Positions 49,189 through 62,600 of a stretch of 64,000 nt of DNA are shown here, piece after piece. Below the pieces are notes generated by a model that saw nothing but the letters and a program-made list of their open reading frames with translations, did not search any database and was not told the origin of the DNA. The position numbers were made by a program, and so were the translations under genes. Origin of the DNA: Narcine bancroftii (Eukaryota); NCBI RefSeq assembly GCF_036971445.1, contig NC_091482.1, forward strand, positions 10,292,001 to 10,356,000, written 5' to 3'. The stretch's first letter is position 1. Each line of letters starts with the position of its first letter.

Positions 49189-52100
49189 AAGTTCTCCATA
49201 CCTTGGCCTGGAAGTTCTCCATACCTTGGCCTGGAAGTTCTCCATACCTTGGCCTGGAAGTTCTCCATACCTTGGCCTGGAAGTTCTCCATACCTTGGCC
49301 TGGAAGTTCTCCATACCTTGGCCTGGAAGTTCTCCATACCTTGGCCTGGAAGTTCTCCATACCTTGGCCTGGAAGTTCTCCATACCTTGGCCTGGAAGTT
49401 CTCCATACCTTGGCCTGGAAGTTCTCCATACCTTGGCCTGGAAGTTCTCCATACCTTGGCCTGGAAGTTCTCCATACCTTGGCCTGGAAGTTCTCCATAC
49501 CTTGGCCTGGAAGTTCTCCATACCTTGGCCTGGAAGTTCTCCATACCTTGGCCTGGAAGTTCTCCATACCTTGGCCTGGAAGTTCTCCATACCTTGGCCT
49601 GGAAGTTCTCCATACCTTGGCCTGGAAGTTCTCCATACCTTGGCCTGGAAGTTCTCCATACCTTGGCCTGGAAGTTCTCCATACCTTGGCCTGGAAGTTC
49701 TCCATACCTTGGCCTGGAAGTTCTCCATACCTTGGCCTGGAAGTTCTCCATACCTTGGCCTGGAAGTTCTCCATACCTTGGCCTGGAAGTTCTCCATACC
49801 TTGGCCTGGAAGTTCTCCATACCTTGGCCTGGAAGTTCTCCATACCTTGGCCTGGAAGTTCTCCATACCTTGGCCTGGAAGTTCTCCATACCTTGGCCTG
49901 GAAGTTCTCCATACCTTGGCCTGGAAGTTCTCCATACCTTGGCCTGGAAGTTCTCCATACCTTGGCCTGGAAGTTCTCCATACCTTGGCCTGGAAGTTCT
50001 CCATACCTTGGCCTGGAAGTTCTCCATACCTTGGCCTGGAAGTTCTCCATACCTTGGCCTGGAAGTTCTCCATACCTTGGCCTGGAAGTTCTCCATACCT
50101 TGGCCTGGAAGTTCTCCATACCTTGGCCTGGAAGTTCTCCATACCTTGGCCTGGAAGTTCTCCATACCTTGGCCTGGAAGTTCTCCATACCTTGGCCTGG
50201 AAGTTCTCCATACCTTGGCCTGGAAGTTCTCCATACCTTGGCCTGGAAGTTCTCCATACCTTGGCCTGGAAGTTCTCCATACCTTGGCCTGGAAGTTCTC
50301 CATACCTTGGCCTGGAAGTTCTCCATACCTTGGCCTGGAAGTTCTCCATACCTTGGCCTGGAAGTTCTCCATACCTTGGCCTGGAAGTTCTCCATACCTT
50401 GGCCTGGAAGTTCTCCATACCTTGGCCTGGAAGTTCTCCATACCTTGGCCTGGAAGTTCTCCATACCTTGGCCTGGAAGTTCTCCATACCTTGGCCTGGA
50501 AGTTCTCCATACCTTGGCCTGGAAGTTCTCCATACCTTGGCCTGGAAGTTCTCCATACCTTGGCCTGGAAGTTCTCCATACCTTGGCCTGGAAGTTCTCC
50601 ATACCTTGGCCTGGAAGTTCTCCATACCTTGGCCTGGAAGTTCTCCATACCTTGGCCTGGAAGTTCTCCATACCTTGGCCTGGAAGTTCTCCATACCTTG
50701 GCCTGGAAGTTCTCCATACCTTGGCCTGGAAGTTCTCCATACCTTGGCCTGGAAGTTCTCCATACCTTGGCCTGGAAGTTCTCCATACCTTGGCCTGGAA
50801 GTTCTCCATACCTTGGCCTGGAAGTTCTCCATACCTTGGCCTGGAAGTTCTCCATACCTTGGCCTGGAAGTTCTCCATACCTTGGCCTGGAAGTTCTCCA
50901 TACCTTGGCCTGGAAGTTCTCCATACCTTGGCCTGGAAGTTCTCCATACCTTGGCCTGGAAGTTCTCCATACCTTGGCCTGGAAGTTCTCCATACCTTGG
51001 CCTGGAAGTTCTCCATACCTTGGCCTGGAAGTTCTCCATACCTTGGCCTGGAAGTTCTCCATACCTTGGCCTGGAAGTTCTCCATACCTTGGCCTGGAAG
51101 TTCTCCATACCTTGGCCTGGAAGTTCTCCATACCTTGGCCTGGAAGTTCTCCATACCTTGGCCTGGAAGTTCTCCATACCTTGGCCTGGAAGTTCTCCAT
51201 ACCTTGGCCTGGAAGTTCTCCATACCTTGGCCTGGAAGTTCTCCATACCTTGGCCTGGAAGTTCTCCATACCTTGGCCTGGAAGTTCTCCATACCTTGGC
51301 CTGGAAGTTCTCCATACCTTGGCCTGGAAGTTCTCCATACCTTGGCCTGGAAGTTCTCCATACCTTGGCCTGGAAGTTCTCCATACCTTGGCCTGGAAGT
51401 TCTCCATACCTTGGCCTGGAAGTTCTCCATACCTTGGCCTGGAAGTTCTCCATACCTTGGCCTGGAAGTTCTCCATACCTTGGCCTGGAAGTTCTCCATA
51501 CCTTGGCCTGGAAGTTCTCCATACCTTGGCCTGGAAGTTCTCCATACCTTGGCCTGGAAGTTCTCCATACCTTGGCCTGGAAGTTCTCCATACCTTGGCC
51601 TGGAAGTTCTCCATACCTTGGCCTGGAAGTTCTCCATACCTTGGCCTGGAAGTTCTCCATACCTTGGCCTGGAAGTTCTCCATACCTTGGCCTGGAAGTT
51701 CTCCATACCTTGGCCTGGAAGTTCTCCATACCTTGGCCTGGAAGTTCTCCATACCTTGGCCTGGAAGTTCTCCATACCTTGGCCTGGAAGTTCTCCATAC
51801 CTTGGCCTGGAAGTTCTCCATACCTTGGCCTGGAAGTTCTCCATACCTTGGCCTGGAAGTTCTCCATACCTTGGCCTGGAAGTTCTCCATACCTTGGCCT
51901 GGAAGTTCTCCATACCTTGGCCTGGAAGTTCTCCATACCTTGGCCTGGAAGTTCTCCATACCTTGGCCTGGAAGTTCTCCATACCTTGGCCTGGAAGTTC
52001 TCCATACCTTGGCCTGGAAGTTCTCCATACCTTGGCCTGGAAGTTCTCCATACCTTGGCCTGGAAGTTCTCCATACCTTGGCCTGGAAGTTCTCCATACC

Positions 52101-53818
52101 TTGGCCTGGAAGTTCTCCATACCTTGGCCTGGAAGTTCTCCATACCTTGGCCTGGAAGTTCTCCATACCTTGGCCTGGAAGTTCTCCATACCTTGGCCTG
52201 GAAGTTCTCCATACCTTGGCCTGGAAGTTCTCCATACCTTGGCCTGGAAGTTCTCCATACCTTGGCCTGGAAGTTCTCCATACCTTGGCCTGGAAGTTCT
52301 CCATACCTTGGCCTGGAAGTTCTCCATACCTTGGCCTGGAAGTTCTCCATACCTTGGCCTGGAAGTTCTCCATACCTTGGCCTGGAAGTTCTCCATACCT
52401 TGGCCTGGAAGTTCTCCATACCTTGGCCTGGAAGTTCTCCATACCTTGGCCTGGAAGTTCTCCATACCTTGGCCTGGAAGTTCTCCATACCTTGGCCTGG
52501 AAGTTCTCCATACCTTGGCCTGGAAGTTCTCCATACCTTGGCCTGGAAGTTCTCCATACCTTGGCCTGGAAGTTCTCCATACCTTGGCCTGGAAGTTCTC
52601 CATACCTTGGCCTGGAAGTTCTCCATACCTTGGCCTGGAAGTTCTCCATACCTTGGCCTGGAAGTTCTCCATACCTTGGCCTGGAAGTTCTCCATACCTT
52701 GGCCTGGAAGTTCTCCATACCTTGGCCTGGAAGTTCTCCATACCTTGGCCTGGAAGTTCTCCATACCTTGGCCTGGAAGTTCTCCATACCTTGGCCTGGA
52801 AGTTCTCCATACCTTGGCCTGGAAGTTCTCCATACCTTGGCCTGGAAGTTCTCCATACCTTGGCCTGGAAGTTCTCCATACCTTGGCCTGGAAGTTCTCC
52901 ATACCTTGGCCTGGAAGTTCTCCATACCTTGGCCTGGAAGTTCTCCATACCTTGGCCTGGAAGTTCTCCATACCTTGGCCTGGAAGTTCTCCATACCTTG
53001 GCCTGGAAGTTCTCCATACCTTGGCCTGGAAGTTCTCCATACCTTGGCCTGGAAGTTCTCCATACCTTGGCCTGGAAGTTCTCCATACCTTGGCCTGGAA
53101 GTTCTCCATACCTTGGCCTGGAAGTTCTCCATACCTTGGCCTGGAAGTTCTCCATACCTTGGCCTGGAAGTTCTCCATACCTTGGCCTGGAAGTTCTCCA
53201 TACCTTGGCCTGGAAGTTCTCCATACCTTGGCCTGGAAGTTCTCCATACCTTGGCCTGGAAGTTCTCCATACCTTGGCCTGGAAGTTCTCCATACCTTGG
53301 CCTGGAAGTTCTCCATACCTTGGCCTGGAAGTTCTCCATACCTTGGCCTGGAAGTTCTCCATACCTTGGCCTGGAAGTTCTCCATACCTTGGCCTGGAAG
53401 TTCTCCATACCTTGGCCTGGAAGTTCTCCATACCTTGGCCTGGAAGTTCTCCATACCTTGGCCTGGAAGTTCTCCATACCTTGGCCTGGAAGTTCTCCAT
53501 ACCTTGGCCTGGAAGTTCTCCATACCTTGGCCTGGAAGTTCTCCATACCTTGGCCTGGAAGTTCTCCATACCTTGGCCTGGAAGTTCTCCATACCTTGGC
53601 CTGGAAGTTCTCCATACCTTGGCCTGGAAGTTCTCCATACCTTGGCCTGGAAGTTCTCCATACCTTGGCCTGGAAGTTCTCCATACCTTGGCCTGGAAGT
53701 TCTCCATACCTTGGCCTGGAAGTTCTCCATACCTTGGCCTGGAAGTTCTCCATACCTTGGCCTGGAAGTTCTCCATACCTTGGCCTGGAAGTTCTCCATA
53801 CCTTGGCCTGGAAGTTCT
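49189..53818. repeat. 23-bp minisatellite AAGTTCTCCATACCTTGGCCTGG, 201 copies plus 7 bp
   Basis: (53812-49189)/23 = 201; no variant unit seen; all six frames are open and perfectly periodic. Confidence 0.98.
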
Positions 53819-54351
53819 TTTCCCCCCCATTTCCCAGAATTTGGTCAGGAGAATCACTCAGATCAATTTCAAGGTAGGTGTACTTGCTGATGATGCCCTC
53901 AATTAAGTGAATCTTAGACTCTTCCTAATCCAGAGCCTGGAATAGGAACTATTTTTTTTTTATATATATGTAAAAGCAAGGATATCAAACAGGGTAGCCA
54001 ATTCCCTTCTTTGAATACTAGGGTTCTGCCCAAACCCCTTAACCACTCCCTCAAGGTCAAGCATATCTAAGATCACAACAGGTTCTATATAACTGGGAAT
54101 ATGGACAAATGAATGGTAGATGAAATCTGGGTGATTTTTGGGAAGATAATCCAGGATTGGACACAGTGAATGCCAGGGAGAGTATCTCAACCAAAGGACT
54201 CTGATCTACAAGTACGTGGTTCTCTAAAAGTGGTGACACAGGTAGAGAGTGGTGAAGGTGCATGGTTTCATTAGAGGGTGCATTGACCACTGGAGTTGGG
54301 GCATCACATTACAAGATGTTGGTGAGACCGCATGGAAATTACTGCTCTATT

Positions 54352-54905
54352 AATATACCAAAAAACCCAGAGATCTTCCTCCTAAGTAACATAAAAAATA
54401 AAGAATTTGGACATGATTTGGAGGGTGTACAAAAAAGATTTGTTAAGATAGCCCTAGCTGTAGCAAAGTATTATGTCAAACTGGAAATTAGAAGATAATT
54501 TGAAAATACAGCAATGGTATATAGAAATGAATAAATGTATTCCATTAGAAAAAATAACATATAGTTTAAGAAATAATATAACATTATTTGAACAAATATG
54601 GGAGCCGTACATGGAATATAATAGAGAAAACCTACTGGGACATCTATCACCTAAAATGACAAAAGGAAAAGAGAATGGAAAGAATTGACTCAGTGGAAGT
54701 TTTTGTTCATTAATGTTGAGTGACAACATTGTTTGATGGGTTTGATGTATCTTGGACTCAGAGTTTTGAATGGATGGAGGGGGAGGTGGGGGGGGGGGGG
54801 GAGGGGAGATGGGGGGAGAAAACGACACTGTATACATTTGAAAGGAGAAATGTGTATATCTTGAATAATGTGATCTATAGTGTGAAAAATAAAAAATAAA
54901 AAAAA
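54352..54905 (+). mobile_element. 5'-truncated L1, same family as 25580-26635, nested in an old CR1 fragment; 17-bp TSD
   Basis: NIPKNPEIFLLSNIKNKEFG...QQWYIEMNKCIPLEK shared with the first copy; TSD gaaattactgctctatt at 54335-54351 and 54906-54922; left flank reads YKMLVRPH (CR1). Confidence 0.92.
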
Positions 54906-56156
54906 GAAATTACTGCTCTATTGTAGGATGGATGGGATCAAGTGAAATGATGCAGAATTCACAAGGTAGCTGCCAGGACCAGGCCCAGCGTCACGGGGTG
55001 GGGAGGGGGTGGCATTTGCAGGCCATGTTTCCCCAAAATGAGTTATTGTGCCCCCTACCCAGTCCAACACTTCTACCTCCACCAAGTCCAATGCTGCCAA
55101 CAATGAAAAAAAAATCACTGCACCCCTCCACCCCCCCCCCCCACGATTACCCTAATGCCCCTCAATTAGATTTGTTCTTTCGCCAACTCTGACCAAGACT
55201 GAGTCACAAGGAGAGATTAGATAAACCAGAAGTATAAGTTTCCCTGTAGCAAAAGTGCAAGGTGCAACCTTACACTGGGTTTATAAAACTAGGTGTCAAG
55301 TGAATAATTGCTGTCTTATTCTCAGGGAAGGGAAGCCAACAAACTAGAGGGCAGCATCATGGGCATTAGTTCACTCCATTAAGGACATCAATAAGCCCAA
55401 AGCCTCATTCTCTGGGTCCAGTAGCCAATCTGTTCTCCCTCCCGACTCCACTGCCCATCCCAGGGAAAAATAAACCTTCCATTCAGACTCAAATGCTCGG
55501 AATTACCACCTCCTCAAGTATTGTTCAGACACAAAGATTGCTGAACCAGTTTGACAAACTCAAGTATTTTGAAGTTAGCCATCGTTTAATGGAAAAGTTA
55601 ATTTTATATACAATGCCTCACGTCATCCTGTGGTAATTTATTGAAGATTAAGAATAGATACTTAGCCCTACCCCTGACTGATTAAAAAAGTCTGTTATTT
55701 CAACTTCTTTGAAAAGATAAGAAATTTTAAAACAGTAGCTGCCTCAAAAGAGCACAGGAGGCCTCACAGAAATCATTCCCACACGTTTCTCAACACCCTT
55801 CCCCCATGACCCTCAAAGTTCTTATTCCTCCAATTCCACCTTTGAGCACTTTTTGGATTTTAAAACCCAGCTTTAAATATATCAAAATTATTTGGAATTC
55901 CCTCTCTCCCTCACTGAAAACTAATCTCCATTCTTGGCTCCAATATCGCAATGTAGCATGGGTCAAGTTCTCTGAGAATACACCCATGCTATGAAAACAC
56001 TCCCAAGTGATTTTATTACATTTTATGATGCAAAGTGCTGTCGCAAAACATTGATGGGAAGTAGTGAAAAGCAGGCAACAAGTGTGCAGAGATGGTGGAA
56101 TGATTAGCAACGAGAGAAACATATATTTGGCAGGAAAACAAATGGGCTGGCTAGGG

Positions 56157-56277
56157 CAGTTGTTCTCAACCTTTTCCTTCCCACCTTAAGCAATCCCTTG
56201 TTAATCACATAGCACTGATGACGTAGGGATTACTTAAAGTGGTATGCGAGTGGAAAGAAAAAGATTGCGAACTCCTG
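56157..56277. mobile_element. hAT/Charlie-like MITE (121 bp)
   Basis: TIRs cagttgttctcaacctttt / aaaagattgcgaactcctg; 8-bp flanks ggctaggg / ggcgaggg. Confidence 0.65.
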
Positions 56278-56399
56278 GGCGAGGGCACTGAGTGTCTTTC
56301 TATCTCTCACACAAGATGCAAGAGAGTGGGGGGGGGGGGGTGAGGGAGATGCATTACTGATCAGGGAGAAGGTCACAGCGGCCCTTATAGTGGGCAACC

Positions 56400-56605
56400 T
56401 GGCGGGCTCAGTGCAGCACAGTTGCCATCGCAGCAGCGCACAAGTGTTATAGGGTTCAAATCCGGCTCAGTCTGTCAGGAGTTTGTACGTTCTCCCCATG
56501 GCTGTGTGGGTTTCCTCCCACCCTTCAAAATGTACCAGTGTTGTAGGTCAACTGGGTGGCACAGGCTCATGGACCGAAAAGGCCCGTTACCATGCTGCAT
56601 GACTA
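56400..56605 (+). mobile_element. V-SINE-type SINE
   Basis: gggttcaaatcc B-box and gagtttgtacgttctcccc V-domain. Confidence 0.6.
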
Positions 56606-58889
56606 CAATTTTTTAAATTAAATTTACCAATGGAGCTCAGAAAGGTGCAATCACCATGGCGGGTTCCTACTGGAGGCCCAATGTTCCATAGAAAAGATAT
56701 GCTGGTAGATTATGGAAAGAGGCAAAAGCAACAGGGTTGTTGTCGTGGGTGGAGGGACGCAGACCACGTGCAGGCAGATGGGGCGAGTTGAAAACGATAT
56801 CAGCTTTGACAAAAGCGTGCTGAAGGACAGTTCTCGTGTTGCCCAAAACATTGTCTATTGCCTGACCTACCGAGTTCCTCCAGCATTTTGTGAATGGCCC
56901 CACTTGTGGGCTTCAATCAGTGCCTGATCCACCAATCCCCCAAAGTGTCTGTATGGACTGAAATACCAGAGCAGAGTTTGCACCTCCAAACCTGCGAGTG
57001 AAGATTGTGTAACCAAGAGAAGCTTTAAACTTAAGATATAAACATTCCACAAGCCCCAGGTTTTTTTTTGTTTTTTTTAAAAAAGGACCCAAAGGGGAAA
57101 CCAGAACAGATTAGGCCCTTCATGCCTGTTCTGCTGGTAAATAAGGTCATGGCCAATCAATTTTTCCTTACACTGACCCCAAAAGTACTTAGCTTAAATA
57201 TACCAAGCCTCAGCAGCCCTCTTGGATCGAAGATTCCAACAATGAAAACCTACAGATTTTGGAAATTTGGATTTTTAAATATCCTGAAAAGTGGGTCAGG
57301 CAACCTTGATGGATAATGCTTTCCCTTGCTAGACATGCTGCCTGGTCAAAGACTTCCTTCAACTTTCTAGTTTTCTTCCAAAAGATAGATCCAGGTAATT
57401 TTTCTTGCTCCCACATTACATCTGTTTATGCCCCTTGCCACTCACATTAAAGTGAATGGAGTTAAACAGGAAAGTTTGAAGCTGCTGTGACTTTACTGCA
57501 ATACACCAAAGTGTTGGAGAATAATGTCCATAATGGTCTGCAACATTTATAGTTTTTTAGACTGCAGGCTTGTAATGGAACAATCAAGGAATTTTGCCAC
57601 TACACAGGCAGTCTAAAAAAGGAATTTTGAGTCAATTCCTGCCCCGCAATTTATCCTGCAGGGCCCCTACAACTTTTTGGGGGGGAAGCCTGCAGTGTAA
57701 GTCGCTCCGGAAAAATTCGTTGACTGTCATACACTCTGCTGCGCGTCCAACCACCAGGAATGTTGCACACAGGTACTTGCAGTCTAAAAAGGCGCCCAGT
57801 GCGAACAACCACACGGCCAGTAATTATGTTAATTTTTTTTCAGCAATTTTCCCAACATTGCAGTCTAAAAAAACATTGTTGCGTGACCTGCCGAGTTTCT
57901 CCAGCACTTTTGGGCATTGCATTAAATTGGACAGAAGATTGAATAGTTAAACATTTGGACAAGGCATTGCTCAGTTATTCCAATAATCAAGGCTACTTAA
58001 GCAATGCCACGAGCCCTCCACACTAACCTTCTTTAAATTGGGTGAAATGCTTTGGCAGCAACAACCAAAGCTCACCTCTTGTAACCAAATGCAGGCATCT
58101 TCCTTTTATTCTCTGACCAATTACAATTCTCCACCACCAACCAACCCCCTCCCCACAGGCCAAAAGATTTGCTTCCTGAAAAAACTGGAGAATATGAACA
58201 ACTCTGAGTTGAACACAAAGATAATTTCAGATTTGCTGTATTACGCAAGAAGTTGGAGAAACATTAAATTAACTTTTATTGAATTTAGCACTTTGCACAT
58301 ACCCGCTACAAATGGACAGGATGCATCACAGCTGTTGCAGCATTTTTGCTGTATTGAATCTTCCTGAAGACAATAAATGCTATTGTTAAGTACACTCACT
58401 GTGCTATAGCCTGGAGAACATGTGTATCAACATGCGTTCAATCTATATCAGTGTGTAATGCACAGCATCTGTATACAGCATGTGGGATGCTTTTTAGTTA
58501 TCTTTCTTGACTAAACATGCCCAGGTCTAATGCCACATTTGCATAGCACCTACACTGACATGCCTGGACTGACCAAAATGCTCGCTTTGAGGGGAATATG
58601 AGCTGACTTAAAATAAGACAGGAAATCACAAAATAGTCATATCTACAAAAAAAAACATGCGAGGGGAAAATTTGAAGTTAATTTTCATGATTGATCAGCA
58701 GCCCAAAATCCATAAAATGCACCCAAAAGTGTTCAGGAAGCAAATTCTTCGTTGTCCAGTGTTATTAAAGCAAATTAGTAGAAATCTAAAGCTTATGGGG
58801 CATAAAGCCCCTGTACTTCCAATGTGAATGCTCAATAACAAAATTAACAAGACACCCAGGACACTTTCCTGCTCAGAGAGAAATTCGCA

Positions 58890-59110
58890 GATTGCACAAT
58901 GCTATTACAACGCCAGCAACCCAGGTGCGAATCCAGAACGATCGGCAAGGTAAGTGTACGTTCTCCCCACGTCAACGTGGGTTTCCTCAGGACGTTCTGA
59001 TTTCCTCCCACCCTTCAAAAAAAAAAGACGGCGGTTGTAGGTTAATTGGTGTATTAGGGGCAGCACGGGCTCATGGGCTTGAAGAACCTGTTACCGTGCT
59101 GTACGTCTAC
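58890..59110 (+). mobile_element. V-SINE-type SINE
   Basis: gtacgttctccccacgtc...gtgggtttcctc core and the shared 3' block. Confidence 0.6.
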
Positions 59111-59449
59111 ATTGAAAAAGAACCTCAAAACTCCAAAGCCTGCAGCTGTGTATTAGACCAGGTCCTGCTCCAGATCTCAGGCTCCCTCCACTAAGGTACT
59201 TGGCTTATGCAAGAATTTTCCTTTTTAAAAATGACAGTAATACAATGGGATTGTTTGCATAAAGTTCACAATCAATATTGCTTAAAGTTATTAATCCCAT
59301 TACAATAGATTTTGCAAAGCCCAAGCTGTCTGTCAATGTTCCGATATGACAACATTGACCAACTCCAAATTAACCAAGTACTGTACAATTTACAAAAAAA
59401 ATTAAAACCCAAAGATTGTGCTTCGGCCTCAAGGTCGCAATTTAAAAAA

Positions 59450-59666
59450 AGACAAACCATGGTTACAGGCCCACAAATCCTTGCCGCTCAATTTACACCC
59501 AATTAACCTACACCCTGGTATGATTTGAACTGTGGGAGGAAACGAGCCCACAGGGAAAACCCACAAAGAATGTACAAACTCCTTACAGATATTGTGGGAT
59601 TCGAACCCCTGTCTCGATGGCTGGCAGTGTAACAGCTTTGGGCTAACTGCTATTCTAACCGTGCTG
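59450..59666 (-). mobile_element. V-SINE-type SINE, inverted relative to the copy at 58890
   Basis: caaactccttacaga, ggattcgaaccc and ctaaccgtgc in reverse orientation. Confidence 0.6.
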
Positions 59667-62600
59667 CGTAATTATGTGCAAGCTGATTTTTATTTCAACA
59701 TTACAAAATAAAACCTCAACTTTTAATTCAGCTCAAGTTAGTTTGGGGCATCTTGCCCCACTCAAACAGATCTCGAAGATTAATGCAGTCAAATACTTTG
59801 AATGAAGGCTGTCGTTTCAGTTGCAATAGAGGCGAAGGCTCCTACTTTCCATTCCTACCTGGTGCCTGCACTGATTACTCAGGCAGGGAGTGTTTGACCA
59901 ACACAGTCAGGGATTCTGTGTCATAACCTTTCAAAGGTACTTACTGTTAAGCTTCCTGTCTTAACCAATTTCAGTGCCAAGATTTTCAACGCCACATGGT
60001 GTGAATTGTGAAAGTTTCACAGAAAGTGTTCTGACAGGCAGGGTGGGGAAGGACATTCCTGAAGAGATTAGCAACTCTCATCTTTCTAAATGATCCAATT
60101 CAACATGAGCAATTTTAAAAACTGCAGTGTCATACAGGCCCAATATCTGTGTGGCAGTTAAAAAAAACTGTGTGTGCAATGATGCAATACCTCCCAAACC
60201 CACAGCTTCCACCTTGAAAAGGACAAGCCAGTGAAAACACCACCACCACCCCCCCTCTTCTTCCCCCATGATCCCTTCAGATCCCCAGTACCAACAAGCA
60301 CCAGTTCACTGTGGCCACAGCCACCATAAGTGAGTCAAGGCAAGAGAGGGCTACAAAGAAATTCCAATGTTTTAATTAACCCTGTGTAGCTGGGACTGAG
60401 TGAGGGCAGTGCAGGACCTCTGTGGAGACCGCAAAACTACTTTGATCTTTTCCAGCGGGGCCTGCACTCGCAGCCTTGCCTTTCACAGCAAAGCAGCCGC
60501 AAGATATTCGCAAGGGGTTAACATGCCAACATCCAGATGGAAGGGGGAGATGGGAAGGTAAAGATTTTGCCCTAAAAAGGGAAGAAAAATAAATTAAAAA
60601 CAGACTGGGCTGTCACCCAGCACCCTGAAGGTGGCCAGAATTCTCTGAGTGATACCCTACACTGGGATCACGAGGAAGTATCAGGAGCTCGGGAATGCCA
60701 ACGTCAACCAGCATCACCCAGGCTGGACCTGTCGGCTGCCAACAGAGGGCTGGGAAGAAAGTGTCTGATAGACATCAAAGTTTTTTTTCATTTGTAGAAG
60801 CCAAATAAGAGCCTGAATGACACTCATTTTAAGATGAGTGGGCACCCTGTTCCAAACAAACAGGCTCTCCTGAAGAGATCTGTGACCCAATTAGATAGAT
60901 AGGCTGGGAGACAATCCATTCTGTACAAAAGGAAGGGAGGAAAGTTTAGGGGAGGCATTGAGGTGGGGGGGGGGGGGTAAGGATTTTTTTAAAATGTAAA
61001 TAAGTTTTGGGTCCCTGAAATGCCTTGCCAGAGTGTGGGTGGAGAGTGGAACAATAGGGCCATTTTAGAGTCCCTTAGGCACATGGACGATAGAAAAACA
61101 TATTACGAGGTAGGAATGGTTTCGTAATTTTATTAGTAGGAATTAAGGGCCTTAACTGTGCTCTTATGTTGCATCTACTCGCTTCTGACAGACAGTTTAG
61201 GCTTAAATTTGCCTGGCACTTTTCTCTTCCACGGCTTCTAAAATTGTTTTTTCAGCCGAAGTTGACACAGTTGTTACAAAATGCAGTCGCCAATTCCTCC
61301 ACCCACCCCCTCCCCCCCAGAAAGCTCTCATGAGTCGATGCTCAATGGAAATTGGTAAGGACACTGGGAAGCCACCCCTTAGATTTTCTAAGCAGCATGC
61401 TCGGATCTAACACACCCGAGAGTAGACAAACTCCAGCTTTACATCCTGTCAGTACTGACAAGCACTCAGCATCTGTTGCAGGAGTTGAACACACGATCCT
61501 GTGGCTCAAACGAGACCATGCCACCAACCAACTCCCAGAGAACGTTGATCTCACATGCACAATACCAGACCCACAACCTTGGCATTAGCTGCATTTTGCT
61601 AACAGATTTTATTACATTCTTGGTTCTGAAGCTAAACAAGGTCTTGCTCCAGAGACGTCCCTCATTGACTGCTCAACCCCACCAATAAAAGAGGCCACAT
61701 ACCACTTATTCCATGAGCACAGCTCCTATCATCAGTAAAAGGCTGTTGCCCATTTATGTTATTTTGTCTGAGATGGGACCCGATCCCAAGATCTGTACAA
61801 ATAGAACAAACTGTCCTGATCAGTAAAACATTGTGGCTTTTCATTGAAGAGTCAAACAAAATCTGACACCAAGCCATCCAAGGAGAGGTGGTCAGGTGAC
61901 CACAGGCGAGCAAGAGGATTAGGTTTTCAGAACCATCTTAAAGTAGAAGCAAGAGAGGTGAAGGTGAAGAGGTTGAAGGTGGGGGGGGGGGGAGGGGAAG
62001 AAAAGGATAATACCAAAAAAGGGACCACAATCAATGAAAAATTAATGAAAACAGGAGGTATGAGGGAGTTCAGAACTGTACTAAACGGCACTGGACAAAT
62101 ACCAGCTTGATGCCAGGTTATTGAGCAAGTTTATATCCCTGTGTTAACCAAGACAAAAATGGCAGTAGGGAGGCCATTCAGCCCATCAAACATGCTCTTC
62201 CATTCTTTCCTGCCAAACCCAGCAACTCCTGTCATCTCCACACACTCAGCCCTGAATACCATCAGTGTCTCATTGCATTTGCCCTCAGCCCTCCAGATGG
62301 CGTGGCCCCAGGGAAATAGCAGGGAGAGTCACACAGGTCACCACTCCTAGACAATGAGATGGGCTTGGCCAAGGCTCCTCTTAATGGCCCAGTCACGTAG
62401 CAACCCTGCAACTCATCTCAGGTTTTTTGGAAGACTGCTGACTACCCAAAGCCCAATAGCAACAAGTTCCCTCAGGAAGGAGGAGGGATTGCTGCCCTGT
62501 CCTGAAATGAGGAAATAGAAGAGCTCAGCCTCCATTTCCAATAACACATCTCTGTGGCACCCACACTGGCAGGTCTAACCTAGCACAGAGCCTTGGTGGG

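Noticed and set aside
49044-53906. Six ORFs of about 1560 aa
   Set aside because: The 23-bp unit lacks stops on both strands; no synonymous variation or domain content.
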